Part shown: positions 17,881 to 27,796 of the stretch, piece after piece
Layout of the letters: each line of letters begins with the position of its first letter
Numbering within the stretch: position 1 is the first letter of the stretch
Assembly (NCBI GenBank): GCA_011524855.1
Contig: WTJK01000062.1
Location: 10,983 to 66,087 of the forward strand
Origin: Methanobacteriota archaeon
GTDB lineage: Archaea; Thermoplasmatota; Poseidoniia; Poseidoniales; Poseidoniaceae
Length of the DNA: 55,105 nucleotides
Direction of reading: 5' to 3'
Program-made: the position numbers and the translations under genes
Notes under the pieces: generated by a model
Database searches by the model: none
Told to the model about the DNA's origin: nothing
What the model saw: only the letters and a program-made list of their open reading frames with translations

Positions 17881-19290
17881 TCAAGCAGGGTTGATACGGA
17901 GGCCTTCGGCAATGAGGACATCGGGAAGGTGCATTCGACCCGATGAGTAGGAACCTTGTTGACGGACCGTTTGACCCAGCACGACCTGACCGGTCATCGC
18001 TTGGGCCAGGTTGCCCGACAAGCCAGCTTGTTTGAGGGCGCCGACCACCTCCCCGTCAATGACTCGAAGAATGGAACTGGTGGTCACTGAAAAATCACCG
18101 CTGGTGGGGTTGGCGGTGTGGGCCCCCATCACGCTGTTCACGATGAAGCCGCTGTCCAGCCTGCCGACCAAGGCATCCCAGTCTTCGGTGGGCGCCGAAC
18201 TGGTGAGCATCAACTCCGTGCACCCGGTCCCCGGGGGCGACTGGTGACCACCTGCGGTGGCAGAACCCGTGGATGCGGCATCGGTTGTCCGTCCCTCGGC
18301 GATTTGCTGGGCTGCGTCCCTCGTTGACCAGAAGGCGCCTTTGAGCACACCGTCTTGCACGAGTGTTTGGACGCGCCGAGGGACCCCCTCGCCATCGCGC
18401 GAACCGCTCGACATGCCTCCCTCGAGTCGTCCGTTGTCCGTAAGGGAGAGGTGATCGGCCAGCACCTGCTTTCCTTGTCTATCGGACCAAAACGATTCAC
18501 CACGAACGAGTTTTTCACCGGTCATGGCGGGTGGCACCACCATGGAAAACAGCGGCGACATCCCCTCGCTCGTAAACAACACGGGGGCTTCAACGGCGCC
18601 ATCGTCCGATGACACGGTGTGCTGTGTCACCTGGGCCCAATGCACGGCCCGACCGACGCACGAAGGTACATCGTCCATGAGGGTGCGGCTGGATTGACCT
18701 TGATAGGCACTGGTCAAATGGCCGTCGACGTCAATCGTGACTTGAACACCGAGGCCGTGGTTGGTCGTCACACCGCTGGCGAGGACGCCCTCGCTGCTCA
18801 TCAGCACCGAGGCGGTGGCAGAAACACCAAGGCCACCTCCCGTGACCACCGCTCGCTCATCTTCGCTTGCCACCGAAGCAATGACGGCATCGGCTTGAGC
18901 CAGCAAGGTTTCCGGTTGGACGTCAAGCACGTTGGCGTCATAAAGTCCGGCCACCGGATCGGCATGTTGTTCGCTGGGCAACACAAACCCATCAATTTGG
19001 GGCGACATGTTCGCGATTTTGAGGGCCTGCGCAACAGCGTCGTCTGCTCCGCTCACATCAACCATGTGGGCGAAACCAAACCGGCCGTTTTCGACCACCC
19101 GAACGCCGAATCCGCCTTCGCCACCTCCCGCAGCCATCGTGACTTTGCCTGCTTCAATGTCCACCTGCTGGCCGTAGGCTTGGAAGCCAACGAGGTCCCA
19201 TTGTTGGACGCCGGCTGCTTTGCAGGCGTTCGCCAAACGCTGGGCGTTGCCCATCAAGCGGTCTTCTGCACCGTCAGGGAGCATGTTCAT
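17881..19290 (-). CDS. pmbA: TldE/PmbA family protein
   Basis: GFGVRVVENGRFGFA, DGEGVP....LV.DGVL, GAHTANPTSGDFSV, GNL; ATGA overlap with tldD. Confidence 0.9.
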   Translation of the reverse strand: MNMLPDGAEDRLMGNAQRLANACKAAGVQQWDLVGFQAYGQQVDIEAGKVTMAAGGGEGGFGVRVVENGRFGFAHMVDVSGADDAVAQALKIANMSPQIDGFVLPSEQHADPVAGLYDANVLDVQPETLLAQADAVIASVASEDERAVVTGGGLGVSATASVLMSSEGVLASGVTTNHGLGVQVTIDVDGHLTSAYQGQSSRTLMDDVPSCVGRAVHWAQVTQHTVSSDDGAVEAPVLFTSEGMSPLFSMVVPPAMTGEKLVRGESFWSDRQGKQVLADHLSLTDNGRLEGGMSSGSRDGEGVPRRVQTLVQDGVLKGAFWSTRDAAQQIAEGRTTDAASTGSATAGGHQSPPGTGCTELMLTSSAPTEDWDALVGRLDSGFIVNSVMGAHTANPTSGDFSVTTSSILRVIDGEVVGALKQAGLSGNLAQAMTGQVVLGQTVRQQGSYSSGRMHLPDVLIAEGLRINPA

Positions 19291-20729
19291 CCCACCAGTG
19301 CTTCGCGGATTCGCATGATGGGTCCACCATCGCCAACCGGGACGGTTTGCCCTTTGCCGCAAAACCCTGGAGATGCCAGCCGAGCATCCTGCGTCAGGCC
19401 GTCCACGTTTTGGAGGATTTCAAGGGTCAGGCCACTGACGCTGACGTCTTTGAGCGGCGTGGTCAATTCCCCGTTCTCAATGAGCCACGCTTCCTGAGCA
19501 GCGAACTGGAACGAACCTCGACCGGTGTCCACCTGCCCGCCGCGCGTGCCGCAAGCGAAGACACCGTGTTCGATGTCCTCCATGAGTTCGTCCATGTCGG
19601 CGTGCGAGCCTCCCTGAATCATCGTGTTGGACATGCGGACCATGGGGTGGTGCAGACCGTCTTGAGCGCGTGCACCGGCGTTGGGATCCACCCCGAAGTG
19701 GTGGGCTGTTTCGCGATGGTTGAGGTATTCCGTCAACACGCCATCCTTGATGAGCACCTTGGCGCGTGTGTTCACGCCTTCATCGTCGATGGGGTAGGCA
19801 CCGTAACCACCCATCATCGTCGGGTCGTCCACCACGGTCACGATGTCGTTGCCAATTTTTTGGCCCAGCTTACCGTCCAAACACGAATCGCCGGCGGCCA
19901 CAAGGTCGGCTTCACAGGGGTGACCGAGGGCTTCGTGAATGTACACACCGGTGAGGTCTCGGTCAGCGATGAGGGGGAGTTTTCCCGAGGGGGCACGCTT
20001 TGCTTTCAGGAGTCGCAGAGCGGCTTGCTGAGCGTTCGCCCCGAGCCCTACCGTGTCGCAGGCCTCGATCAACTCAAGACCGCCTTGGCCACCGTGACGC
20101 GTCCGGTACGAGACCACCTCACCGTTCTCACGAGCCGTGACGGTCCCGTGCATCAACGTGCGTTGGAAGGACCACACGCGGTCCATGCCTTCCGTGGTCA
20201 TCAATTCGGTGTGAATGTGCTCGTCGCTCCAACCCGTACGGACCGACACGATTCGCTCGTCCCCCACGGCACCCGAGTGAAGGTCGTTCATGTGCGCAAT
20301 TTTTGTCTCCAAATCCACGTGACGAACATCGATTTTCGACGCCCAATGGACCTCATCTTCGATCACGGGGACCGGGGCGAGACCGATGGGCCTGTCCGAT
20401 GAAGCACGACGCTTCGCCACCGCTTTGGCCAACCGTGTGGTGGATTCAATGTGGTCGTGCAGTGCGTGCACATCGGTCGTGGAATGAACGCCCCAAGAAC
20501 CATCAGCGAGGACACGCAACGTCATGCCAAGTTCTTGACCGGGGATGGCGCGCTCGAGCGCACCGTCTCGCATGGCGATGGACGTCTCGCTGAGAGCGAC
20601 GAGACGAACTTCTGCATAGGTGGCACCCAAGGCCTCTGCGTGGTCCAATGCTCGTCGGACTTTGTCCTGATCGAGGTAGCGTCCGGTCTGCGGGCGGTGG
20701 CTCGTGCCGGGCTTTTGTGCAACAACCAT
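19287..20729 (-). CDS. tldD: TldD family metalloprotease
   Basis: HEALGHPCEAD (HExxxH), VVDDPT, DDEGV, RMSNT, GGQVD...G.FQF, CGKGQ.VPVGDGGP. Confidence 0.94.
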   Translation of the reverse strand: MVVAQKPGTSHRPQTGRYLDQDKVRRALDHAEALGATYAEVRLVALSETSIAMRDGALERAIPGQELGMTLRVLADGSWGVHSTTDVHALHDHIESTTRLAKAVAKRRASSDRPIGLAPVPVIEDEVHWASKIDVRHVDLETKIAHMNDLHSGAVGDERIVSVRTGWSDEHIHTELMTTEGMDRVWSFQRTLMHGTVTARENGEVVSYRTRHGGQGGLELIEACDTVGLGANAQQAALRLLKAKRAPSGKLPLIADRDLTGVYIHEALGHPCEADLVAAGDSCLDGKLGQKIGNDIVTVVDDPTMMGGYGAYPIDDEGVNTRAKVLIKDGVLTEYLNHRETAHHFGVDPNAGARAQDGLHHPMVRMSNTMIQGGSHADMDELMEDIEHGVFACGTRGGQVDTGRGSFQFAAQEAWLIENGELTTPLKDVSVSGLTLEILQNVDGLTQDARLASPGFCGKGQTVPVGDGGPIMRIREALVG

Positions 20730-20767
20730 GGCTCCTTGCGTGGCATGGCGATTCTTGAACCCTCGCC

Positions 20768-21325
20768 TCAACGGTGAGCAGCGCTTTGGTCGTCCGCCAT
20801 CAAGACGTGCGCAACGCAGGCCTCACTCCATCGGGACATGTCCCATCCTTCCGCATCGATGCCCAACCGGCTCATTCCTTCTATAGAAGCAGCAACAGGT
20901 CGTTCATCGTGATGCCAATTGAGCGAGGCGATGAGTTCGTTCATCGCCGATGGAACACCCTCTGACGAACCGGCCACCGGCTGAGAAGGGTTGTCATCCG
21001 AGGGCGTGGCATCGGCCAGGTGCACCACCCAAGCCTTGCGTTCTTCGCCCTGAAGGCCTGTTCGTCGAAAAGCTTCGGCGATGTGATGGGTGCCGGCCAG
21101 GTAGCGCAGGAATTCAGCGTCCACCGAACGAGCGACCATGTTCTGGCGGATTTCTTGACGTGCGGCTTGGGTCCATGCGGCTTGAAGTTGGTGCATGGAT
21201 TGAACCGCATGGTCGGCAAGCAAAACCCACCGATCGCTTGGACGATGGGCGAGGAACGACTGGACGGGCGATGCATCATCGTCCCTCACTCGCACGCCGT
21301 GTACCATCACCGACCACGCTGCCAT
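20768..21325 (-). CDS. cgi121: KEOPS complex subunit Cgi121
   Basis: ARSVDAEFLRYLAGTHHIAEAFRRTGL motif; directly downstream of hel308, a linkage known in Euryarchaeota. Confidence 0.8.
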   Translation of the reverse strand: MAAWSVMVHGVRVRDDDASPVQSFLAHRPSDRWVLLADHAVQSMHQLQAAWTQAARQEIRQNMVARSVDAEFLRYLAGTHHIAEAFRRTGLQGEERKAWVVHLADATPSDDNPSQPVAGSSEGVPSAMNELIASLNWHHDERPVAASIEGMSRLGIDAEGWDMSRWSEACVAHVLMADDQSAAHR

Positions 21326-21349
21326 GGCGGGGCCAGACGCTGGCCAAAT

Positions 21350-23941
21350 TCAATGGTTGTCCTTGCGCTCCCCGGCCAACGGGGTGTCGTCCCAGCGTGA
21401 AGCGGGTTCGGAAGAAGGCGATGTGCGAACCACTCGAGCGACCTCGCGCTCAATCTTGTCCATCAAGACGGGCCCCCATCCACGAAGATCCAGCAATTTT
21501 CGGCGGGTGGCAGGCGGCATGTCGAGCACCTGTTGCGGGGTTCGCACACCGTGGTTCGCAAAGACACGAGCACGCTGGCGACCAACGTGCCGGATGTTGA
21601 CCAAGGGCAAGAGATCAGCTTTGCATCCGTGACGGACACGCTGTTGAGCGATGCTCAGCATCGCCACCAAATCAGCGATGACGGGGGCGTGGTCTTCGGC
21701 GAACACATCATCGGTCAGCAGCACGTGTTGTGCACCGGTCAGCAACCATCCCATCAAGTCCACACGATGATGAACATCACCCGGTGTAACATCCAACCGT
21801 TCTTCCAAATCGCGCAACGTGGTTTCTTCCATCCACTCTTCGACCATCCAAGCGCTCTTGACATCGCCGATCATGGCTTCTGCATAGGATTTTTCGAGCA
21901 AAAATTCCTGCTCGTGGGCGTTGGCTTTCAACCACGCCATGGAGTTCGCTTCGAGGTCCGACCCTTTGGCCCACAAGGAATTGAAATCCGGCGTTGTCAC
22001 CGCCATGTGAAGCAAACCAAACAACGTCACAGGACCGTCCTCCCGGACCAAGCGGCGCACGGCGCGTCGCAGCCCTGTTCGCATCATGGACGCCGAGAGG
22101 GGGTCAAGGTAGAGTTGGGTCACGCGCTCACCCATGGTGGTGGCTTCGTACATCGTGTTCTCAGGGGCAACGGCATTGACCTCAACCGGTGGTGACGCCC
22201 CACGGATGTGCCTTGCGTTGGTGAACCCGAAGGTTGCAGGTGCTGAGCTCGAAGGGGCAGGGCTACGCGGTGCGGATGTGGGCAGCGGAGACCAGGCCAC
22301 GCCATCGGCCACCTCTGCGACGCTCGCCCATGTCGGCCGGGTGTCATCCCACGATGCTTCATCTTCGTCCTGCGCGGCGGACAGCGGCAGCGTGTAGTGT
22401 TCATCCAACCCCCTCACCCGAATGAACCGCTCCTCCACCAACCAGTCCAGCATGTTCGCAATGCGTTCGTTCAACTCAGAACGGGGCATGGTGGACCCAA
22501 GGAACGTCGACTGGAAGAACCGCTCAATGGAACCTTTGTGCACGAGGCCGCCGGTCGCAATGCTGGCCAGGACGTGCATGCGCAACGCAGGTTCGCTGGC
22601 CAGTTTGGAACTGATGTCCTCCACGGAGCCGAAAAAATAGCGGTCTGCAACCGCATCGGCTTCTTCCCAACCGTCCGTCCCCTTGCAGTACACCCATGCT
22701 TCGCCGCGTGTGTCGTATTTCGGTCGGCCCGCCCGGCCGAGCATTTGCCTCACCTCCATGACGGGCAAAGGCCGGCTCATGCCGTCGTCCCACCGCTTCA
22801 GGTCTCGCACCAGCACCCGTCGGGCAGGCAGATTGACCCCTGCCGCCAGGGTCGGGGTGGCGGTGAGCGCCACCAAATCTCCCGATTTGAACGCCGCTTC
22901 CACGTCCTTCCGTTGGGCATGGGTGAGGCCTGCGTGGTGAAAACCCACGCCGCCTGAGAGGCACGCAACGAGGTCGTCCGAAAGACGAGATTGCCCGCGA
23001 CCGGAGAGTCGCTGCGTCAGCTCCCTCAGCCGCACGAGGCGGTCAGGGTCCTCCTTTTCCAAACGCTTTTTCACCCGCTTGGCCAAGTTTCGTGCTTCGG
23101 ATTGGGCACCTCGTCGGGTGCCCACGAACATGAGAACCTGAGCACCTTGGTCCAGACCGTCGTCCACGACGCTCCACACGGGGTGGCTTTTCAGTCCGAC
23201 CAAGTCACGCGGCGGACTCAATTGGAACCGTTCATCATCCGATGCTGGGGCCTGTACCGTACGCGGCTCGACGTGAAAATCATGGAAGGTAGCGTATTCC
23301 AAAGCGACCGGTCGCCAATCGGACTGGACGAGGTCCGCATCCAACCAGGTCGCCAATTCGCCGCAGTTTCCGACCGTGGCGGAAAGGGCCACCAATTGGG
23401 CTTGAGGACGGACATGACGAAGACGCGTGAGGTTGATTTCGAGGGTTGGCCCTCGTGATGCATCGTTGAGAAGATGAAATTCATCGGCGACCACCACCTC
23501 AACGTTCGCAACCAATTCAGACCGGTGGCGCAGCAAGGAATCGAGTTTCTCGGACGTGCAAACCAAGATGTTGCATTCGTCGATGTTTTTCGCTTCTGAC
23601 GTGGCATCTCCGACGCCAAGGCCAACGGTGTACCCCATCGCTCCAGCAATGGCTTGGAGATCTTCGTACTTCTCCATGGCGAGTGCCTTCAACGGGACGA
23701 TGTACACCGCTTTTGCCCGATCGTGTGACTGTGACAAACGGGCGATAATGGCCATGTAAGCAAGAAGCGACTTACCTGATGCCGTTGGAATGGCCACCAG
23801 TGTGTTTCGTCCTGCAAGGAGCCCCGGTGCGGCTTCCGCTTGGGGGGGATGGAGGTGAGTGATTCCCCACTCTTCAACAAGGAAGGAGGCAAACCGGGAT
23901 GGAAGGTTGAGCGCTTCAATGCGCCGTTCATGAACCTCCAT
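21350..23941 (-). CDS. hel308: Ski2-like ATP-dependent DNA helicase Hel308
   Basis: LHPPQAEA, PTASGKSL, DEFH, SAT, FHHAGL, TPTLAAGVNLPAR, QMLGRAGRP, LYLDP, C-terminal HhH (VGRQRARV). Confidence 0.95.
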   Translation of the reverse strand: MEVHERRIEALNLPSRFASFLVEEWGITHLHPPQAEAAPGLLAGRNTLVAIPTASGKSLLAYMAIIARLSQSHDRAKAVYIVPLKALAMEKYEDLQAIAGAMGYTVGLGVGDATSEAKNIDECNILVCTSEKLDSLLRHRSELVANVEVVVADEFHLLNDASRGPTLEINLTRLRHVRPQAQLVALSATVGNCGELATWLDADLVQSDWRPVALEYATFHDFHVEPRTVQAPASDDERFQLSPPRDLVGLKSHPVWSVVDDGLDQGAQVLMFVGTRRGAQSEARNLAKRVKKRLEKEDPDRLVRLRELTQRLSGRGQSRLSDDLVACLSGGVGFHHAGLTHAQRKDVEAAFKSGDLVALTATPTLAAGVNLPARRVLVRDLKRWDDGMSRPLPVMEVRQMLGRAGRPKYDTRGEAWVYCKGTDGWEEADAVADRYFFGSVEDISSKLASEPALRMHVLASIATGGLVHKGSIERFFQSTFLGSTMPRSELNERIANMLDWLVEERFIRVRGLDEHYTLPLSAAQDEDEASWDDTRPTWASVAEVADGVAWSPLPTSAPRSPAPSSSAPATFGFTNARHIRGASPPVEVNAVAPENTMYEATTMGERVTQLYLDPLSASMMRTGLRRAVRRLVREDGPVTLFGLLHMAVTTPDFNSLWAKGSDLEANSMAWLKANAHEQEFLLEKSYAEAMIGDVKSAWMVEEWMEETTLRDLEERLDVTPGDVHHRVDLMGWLLTGAQHVLLTDDVFAEDHAPVIADLVAMLSIAQQRVRHGCKADLLPLVNIRHVGRQRARVFANHGVRTPQQVLDMPPATRRKLLDLRGWGPVLMDKIEREVARVVRTSPSSEPASRWDDTPLAGERKDNH

Positions 23942-24029
23942 GAGGCCCAACCGGCGGCACGGGTCCAAAAGGACAACGCTTTCGTTTCCTCGCCGACATC
24001 CATAAGTCCCGAGCGCTCGTGGTTAAACC

Positions 24030-24644
24030 ATGAGCGATGACATGGACGCGATGGTTGAAGAACGCTTGGCGGTCTTTGATGACGAGCCCGATTTGAACGA
24101 CTGGGTCGAGGTGATGTGCGGCGCTGCCATGGCCGTGCTGGGCATCTTCCACCTCGTTGAACCCGGGAACCTCGTCGACCCCGATGTCATGCGATGGTTC
24201 GCAGCTGCTGTCGTCGCAGCGGGTGCCGTCTGGGCCGGCCATGGCCTCAAGGACATGGCTGTCAAAGAGGTCCGACGTTCGATCGCCGTGTTGGAGACCG
24301 CCGATGCTGACGCTGGAGGCATTGACACCGGCCTGATTCGAGACGTGCTCCTCAACCAAGATGCGTACAAGGACTTCCTGGTCCAAGCCTACGAATCAGC
24401 GTGGGAAGACGGCGTGATTTCGGAAGAAGAACTGGCTGAGTTGAAATCGTTCCAAGAGGCATTGGGCATCTCCGACGAAGAGGCTGCTGGCATGAGTGTC
24501 AAGGCCGCTATCAAATCCGCTGCATCCGACGGTGAAATCTCGGCTGAAGAAGCCAAGGCCATTGACGAAGCCGCTCGTGAAGCCAAGATGTCCCCCAAGG
24601 ACGTCAAGGAAGCGTTGGACGAAGAATTGTCCAAAAAGGATTGA
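24030..24644 (+). CDS. Two-TM membrane protein with C-terminal TerB-like repeats
   Basis: Two hydrophobic helices, then AWEDGVISEEELAELKSFQEALGIS and AASDGEISAEEAKAI. Confidence 0.65.
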   Translation: MSDDMDAMVEERLAVFDDEPDLNDWVEVMCGAAMAVLGIFHLVEPGNLVDPDVMRWFAAAVVAAGAVWAGHGLKDMAVKEVRRSIAVLETADADAGGIDTGLIRDVLLNQDAYKDFLVQAYESAWEDGVISEEELAELKSFQEALGISDEEAAGMSVKAAIKSAASDGEISAEEAKAIDEAAREAKMSPKDVKEALDEELSKKD

Positions 24645-24650
24645 GCAGGT

Positions 24651-26672
24651 TCACATCCAGCCGTTCTCGTTGGCCATCCCGTACTCAGCCGCCATGGTTT
24701 TCGCCTTCACCCACCGGCGTTGCTCGACCACCACCGCAAGGAACGCCACGGAGATTCCCAACAACGTAAGGTGCCCGGCGTACGGCGTGAGGCCTTCGGC
24801 CGAAGCAATCCCCCATCCAACCGGAACATCATCGACTCCAAAACCCTCGGATTCAAGCAACCGGACGTCCATCAAGTCCAAATCGCAGTCGCACAAAGTG
24901 ATGGAGATGCGCTCTGGAAACAGCGACTGCTGCAGGGTGACCCATTCCGCATCGGACACGGCGTCGGGACGTGTGGACCACGCCGGTGCTGTGGGTGAAC
25001 CAGCTGCTTTGGTCGCTACCATTTCCGTATCGATGTGCACCACGGAGGATGTAGGCCGTTCATCCACCACCAGCATGGCCTCGAGCATCATGAAATCAAG
25101 CAAGAGGGAACGGCCGGCGAGCAGCACAAACCGCACGGTCTGGTCTTCCAACATGCCGTCCGACGTAAACGATGCTGCGCGCCCGACTTGGCTGAAGATG
25201 GCTTGGTCCATTCGAAAGTTTTCAAGTTGAGGAACGACCAGTTGCCATCGCCCGTCCTCCGTTGGCACGGCCTGTTCCACTTCGAGACGCAGGGTCAACC
25301 GTTCACCGCTCAACAAGCCCCATGTTGCACCCGTGTGCGTGACCAAGGTTTGTTCCGGCACACCAGGGGCAGAGACGTCCCACAGTTGCTGGAGGCGCAT
25401 CTCAACAAGGTCCTCAAAATCGATCTGGTTTGAACCCTGCACCTCGTTGCCGATGGCCACCAACGGATGCAGGATGCCGCCGACCAGCAACAGCACCATA
25501 CCGGGAACGAGCCCACCGTAGCGCCACCGCATGGAAGTCGTGGGCCGGATGGACAGCACCAACAACACGGCCGAGAACATCACGGCCATGAACAAGCCGC
25601 TGTACCCCTGCCGCTCGAGGGCCACCGCATCACCCGCAGCCTCGACGCTGCCTGCTCCCTCCGGGTAGAAGCTCTGCCCGTCGAAGCCGGTGGGATCCGT
25701 TGGGCCAAGACTTTCGTAGCCGAAAACGCCCGACCATGCATAGGCCTGAAAGCGGTCAGGCGAGCCACCCATGCAGAGGCTGTAAGCATCGGGATCCAAT
25801 GCACGCCAGCGGTAGGTGATCTGCGTTGAGGAACCATCCGACTCAGCAATCACCTCCGGCGACGGGGCTCGGCGACCAACCTCGTTGACGAAGTCAGGCA
25901 CCCCGTGTGGTTGTTCCAATTCAATGGGCACCTCGTACCAGGTGACCATGAGCCTCAGAATCTCGTGTTCTTCCACTTCGAACCGCCAACAATCACGATC
26001 GGCGCCCACCAGTGCACCTCGATGAACATCTTCGAAATCCGTGTTTACCGGTTCGGTGGATGAGGAAGGTTCGTCCACGTTTTGAGCATCGGGGTTCACC
26101 GACCACGGAACATCGATGTCCAGGAAGGAGGCACCTCGCATGTTCAATGCCCAGTTCCCGGGTCGGTCCAAGGTGATGGTGAGGATGACACGTACGGGAT
26201 CGTCCACCCACACCACCCGCCCGCTGTCAAGGTTCAACCGCTCGTCCTCAAGGGTGAACGGTTCAAAGGTCGCACCCGTTGGGATGAGGTCCGCTGGAAA
26301 ATTCCATTCGTTGACGCTCGGACCCAAGATCAAGCGCACGTCAACCTCAGGGCGCAGCAAACCACCCGATTCGGTTTGTTGACGCACGTCAAGTTCCAAC
26401 GCCGTCAACTGTTCGGGCAGCAAGGCCACGTGGTGTTGACCAGGATCGGCGTTGAATTCGAAGACGACCGTCTCGGGTTGAAACGATGTGGCGGTGGTTT
26501 GACCGCCCACGAACTCCTCGCCGACGGGAGTTGGCGTCAGGACGCAGTCGTTGTCCGAGCGGCAAGAAAAGTGCAGCGTTTCGGTTCCCTCTCCCACCAC
26601 CAGCGCAGCTGTGACCGGCTGTGGAACCGCCAACGTCGCCAACAGCAAGGAACACACGACGAGCCAACGCAC
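24651..26672 (-). CDS. Hypothetical secreted/membrane protein (673 aa)
   Basis: Signal peptide, acidic beta-rich region with a PPC-like DRDCWRF motif, internal TM pair, C-terminal TM. Confidence 0.7.
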   Translation of the reverse strand: MRWLVVCSLLLATLAVPQPVTAALVVGEGTETLHFSCRSDNDCVLTPTPVGEEFVGGQTTATSFQPETVVFEFNADPGQHHVALLPEQLTALELDVRQQTESGGLLRPEVDVRLILGPSVNEWNFPADLIPTGATFEPFTLEDERLNLDSGRVVWVDDPVRVILTITLDRPGNWALNMRGASFLDIDVPWSVNPDAQNVDEPSSSTEPVNTDFEDVHRGALVGADRDCWRFEVEEHEILRLMVTWYEVPIELEQPHGVPDFVNEVGRRAPSPEVIAESDGSSTQITYRWRALDPDAYSLCMGGSPDRFQAYAWSGVFGYESLGPTDPTGFDGQSFYPEGAGSVEAAGDAVALERQGYSGLFMAVMFSAVLLVLSIRPTTSMRWRYGGLVPGMVLLLVGGILHPLVAIGNEVQGSNQIDFEDLVEMRLQQLWDVSAPGVPEQTLVTHTGATWGLLSGERLTLRLEVEQAVPTEDGRWQLVVPQLENFRMDQAIFSQVGRAASFTSDGMLEDQTVRFVLLAGRSLLLDFMMLEAMLVVDERPTSSVVHIDTEMVATKAAGSPTAPAWSTRPDAVSDAEWVTLQQSLFPERISITLCDCDLDLMDVRLLESEGFGVDDVPVGWGIASAEGLTPYAGHLTLLGISVAFLAVVVEQRRWVKAKTMAAEYGMANENGWM

Positions 26673-26709
26673 CGAACCTTACCCCGGGTTTGCGACGTGT
26701 TTCTGTATA

Positions 26710-27246
26710 TTATGACCCGCCATTCGCCCTCACGTCCTGAAGCGGGACGGAACACGAGCGGCATTGATATCGCCCACGTGATGGTTTTTTTCTTGGGTAA
26801 CGTCCGTTGCAAGCGCTGCACACCCACCACCATCGTGCTTGCTCGGCACGCATGGCTTGCGTAAACGAGGGGCCAAGGGTTCGAGCTTCGGCGTCTGGCC
26901 ATGCCGATTCCAATGTTCTGAAGTCGCGGTCGTGAGCACGCCACCCCATGGCGTGCAGAAATTCGTGATAGAGGACAAACGCAGCGTAAGCAGACCAGAC
27001 CTCGTCCAGCAGGCGTGGATGAAGGTCAACCGTGAGCAGCTGCATTCCCCCCGCCTGACGACGCCAGCGCGTCGCCCCATGCCGCTGTGTGGCGTTCGAA
27101 CGCAGCAAGCCGAGCGGCACGTCTTCGAGCCGTTGGGTCGAGGTCTCGTCGAGGAGACGCAACGATCGCATGACCTCCAAGACACCATGCCGGAGGTTGT
27201 TCAACACGGCCTGTTGATCACCGTTGGGTCGAGCCACATCCACCAC
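26710..27246 (-). CDS. SprT-like zinc metalloprotease with C-terminal Zn ribbon
   Basis: YHEFLH....AHDRDF followed by CSAC...YQCRSC. Confidence 0.8.
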   Translation of the reverse strand: MVDVARPNGDQQAVLNNLRHGVLEVMRSLRLLDETSTQRLEDVPLGLLRSNATQRHGATRWRRQAGGMQLLTVDLHPRLLDEVWSAYAAFVLYHEFLHAMGWRAHDRDFRTLESAWPDAEARTLGPSFTQAMRAEQARWWWVCSACNGRYPRKKPSRGRYQCRSCSVPLQDVRANGGS

Positions 27247-27247
27247 C

Positions 27248-27715
27248 TTAGGACCATCGATGATAGGCGGGGTGCCCTTCCTTCACAGCCACAAACAGTC
27301 CCTCGCCACGAGCGCAGACCTTGCCCTCCGCCAGCAGTTCCATCTTAACCGTGGCCCGGTCCTCTCCGAGGTCCACCGTTTCTGCATTGACGGTCAACGT
27401 GGCCCCGAGCGGGGTCGGTCGGCGCAATTGAACGCTGTACGATGCCGTGACGGTGCAGGGCGGTTGGTCCAACCCTGCAGCGTCCATCAGGGCAATGGCG
27501 GCAGTCCAGTTGCCGTGGCAATCCAACAACGTACCAATGATACCGCCGTTGACCATGCCCGGGAAGGCTTGGTGATGCGGCTCTGGGGTGTAGGTCATGG
27601 TCAACCCGTTCGCTGTTCGATGCGAGTCAATTTGCAGACCATCCGCGTTTGCTGGACCGCATCCAAAGCAGATGGAATTGGGCGCATGCAAGCGTTGGAC
27701 ACCGAGGTCGTTCAT
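27248..27715 (-). CDS. PaaI-family hotdog-fold thioesterase
   Basis: CFGCGPANADGL, HQAFPGMVNGGIIGTLLDCH, VTA...V.LRRPTP; ATG 27715 preceded by GAGGT. Confidence 0.88.
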   Translation of the reverse strand: MNDLGVQRLHAPNSICFGCGPANADGLQIDSHRTANGLTMTYTPEPHHQAFPGMVNGGIIGTLLDCHGNWTAAIALMDAAGLDQPPCTVTASYSVQLRRPTPLGATLTVNAETVDLGEDRATVKMELLAEGKVCARGEGLFVAVKEGHPAYHRWS

Positions 27716-27796
27716 ACCTCGCAATTCAACCGACGCTTCATGATTGTTCTCACGGTCAGGCGCATGCTTCATGTTGACAGCGTTCCTCGTCGCGGC

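Noticed and set aside
17881-20729. tldD/tldE as part of a RiPP (microcin-like) cluster
   Set aside because: No precursor peptide, YcaO or transporter nearby; the pair is widespread in archaea.
20768-23941. hel308-cgi121 linkage as a novel association
   Set aside because: Already known gene order in Euryarchaeota; the same applies to hpt-dph2 and to bacterial-type gyrase in this lineage.
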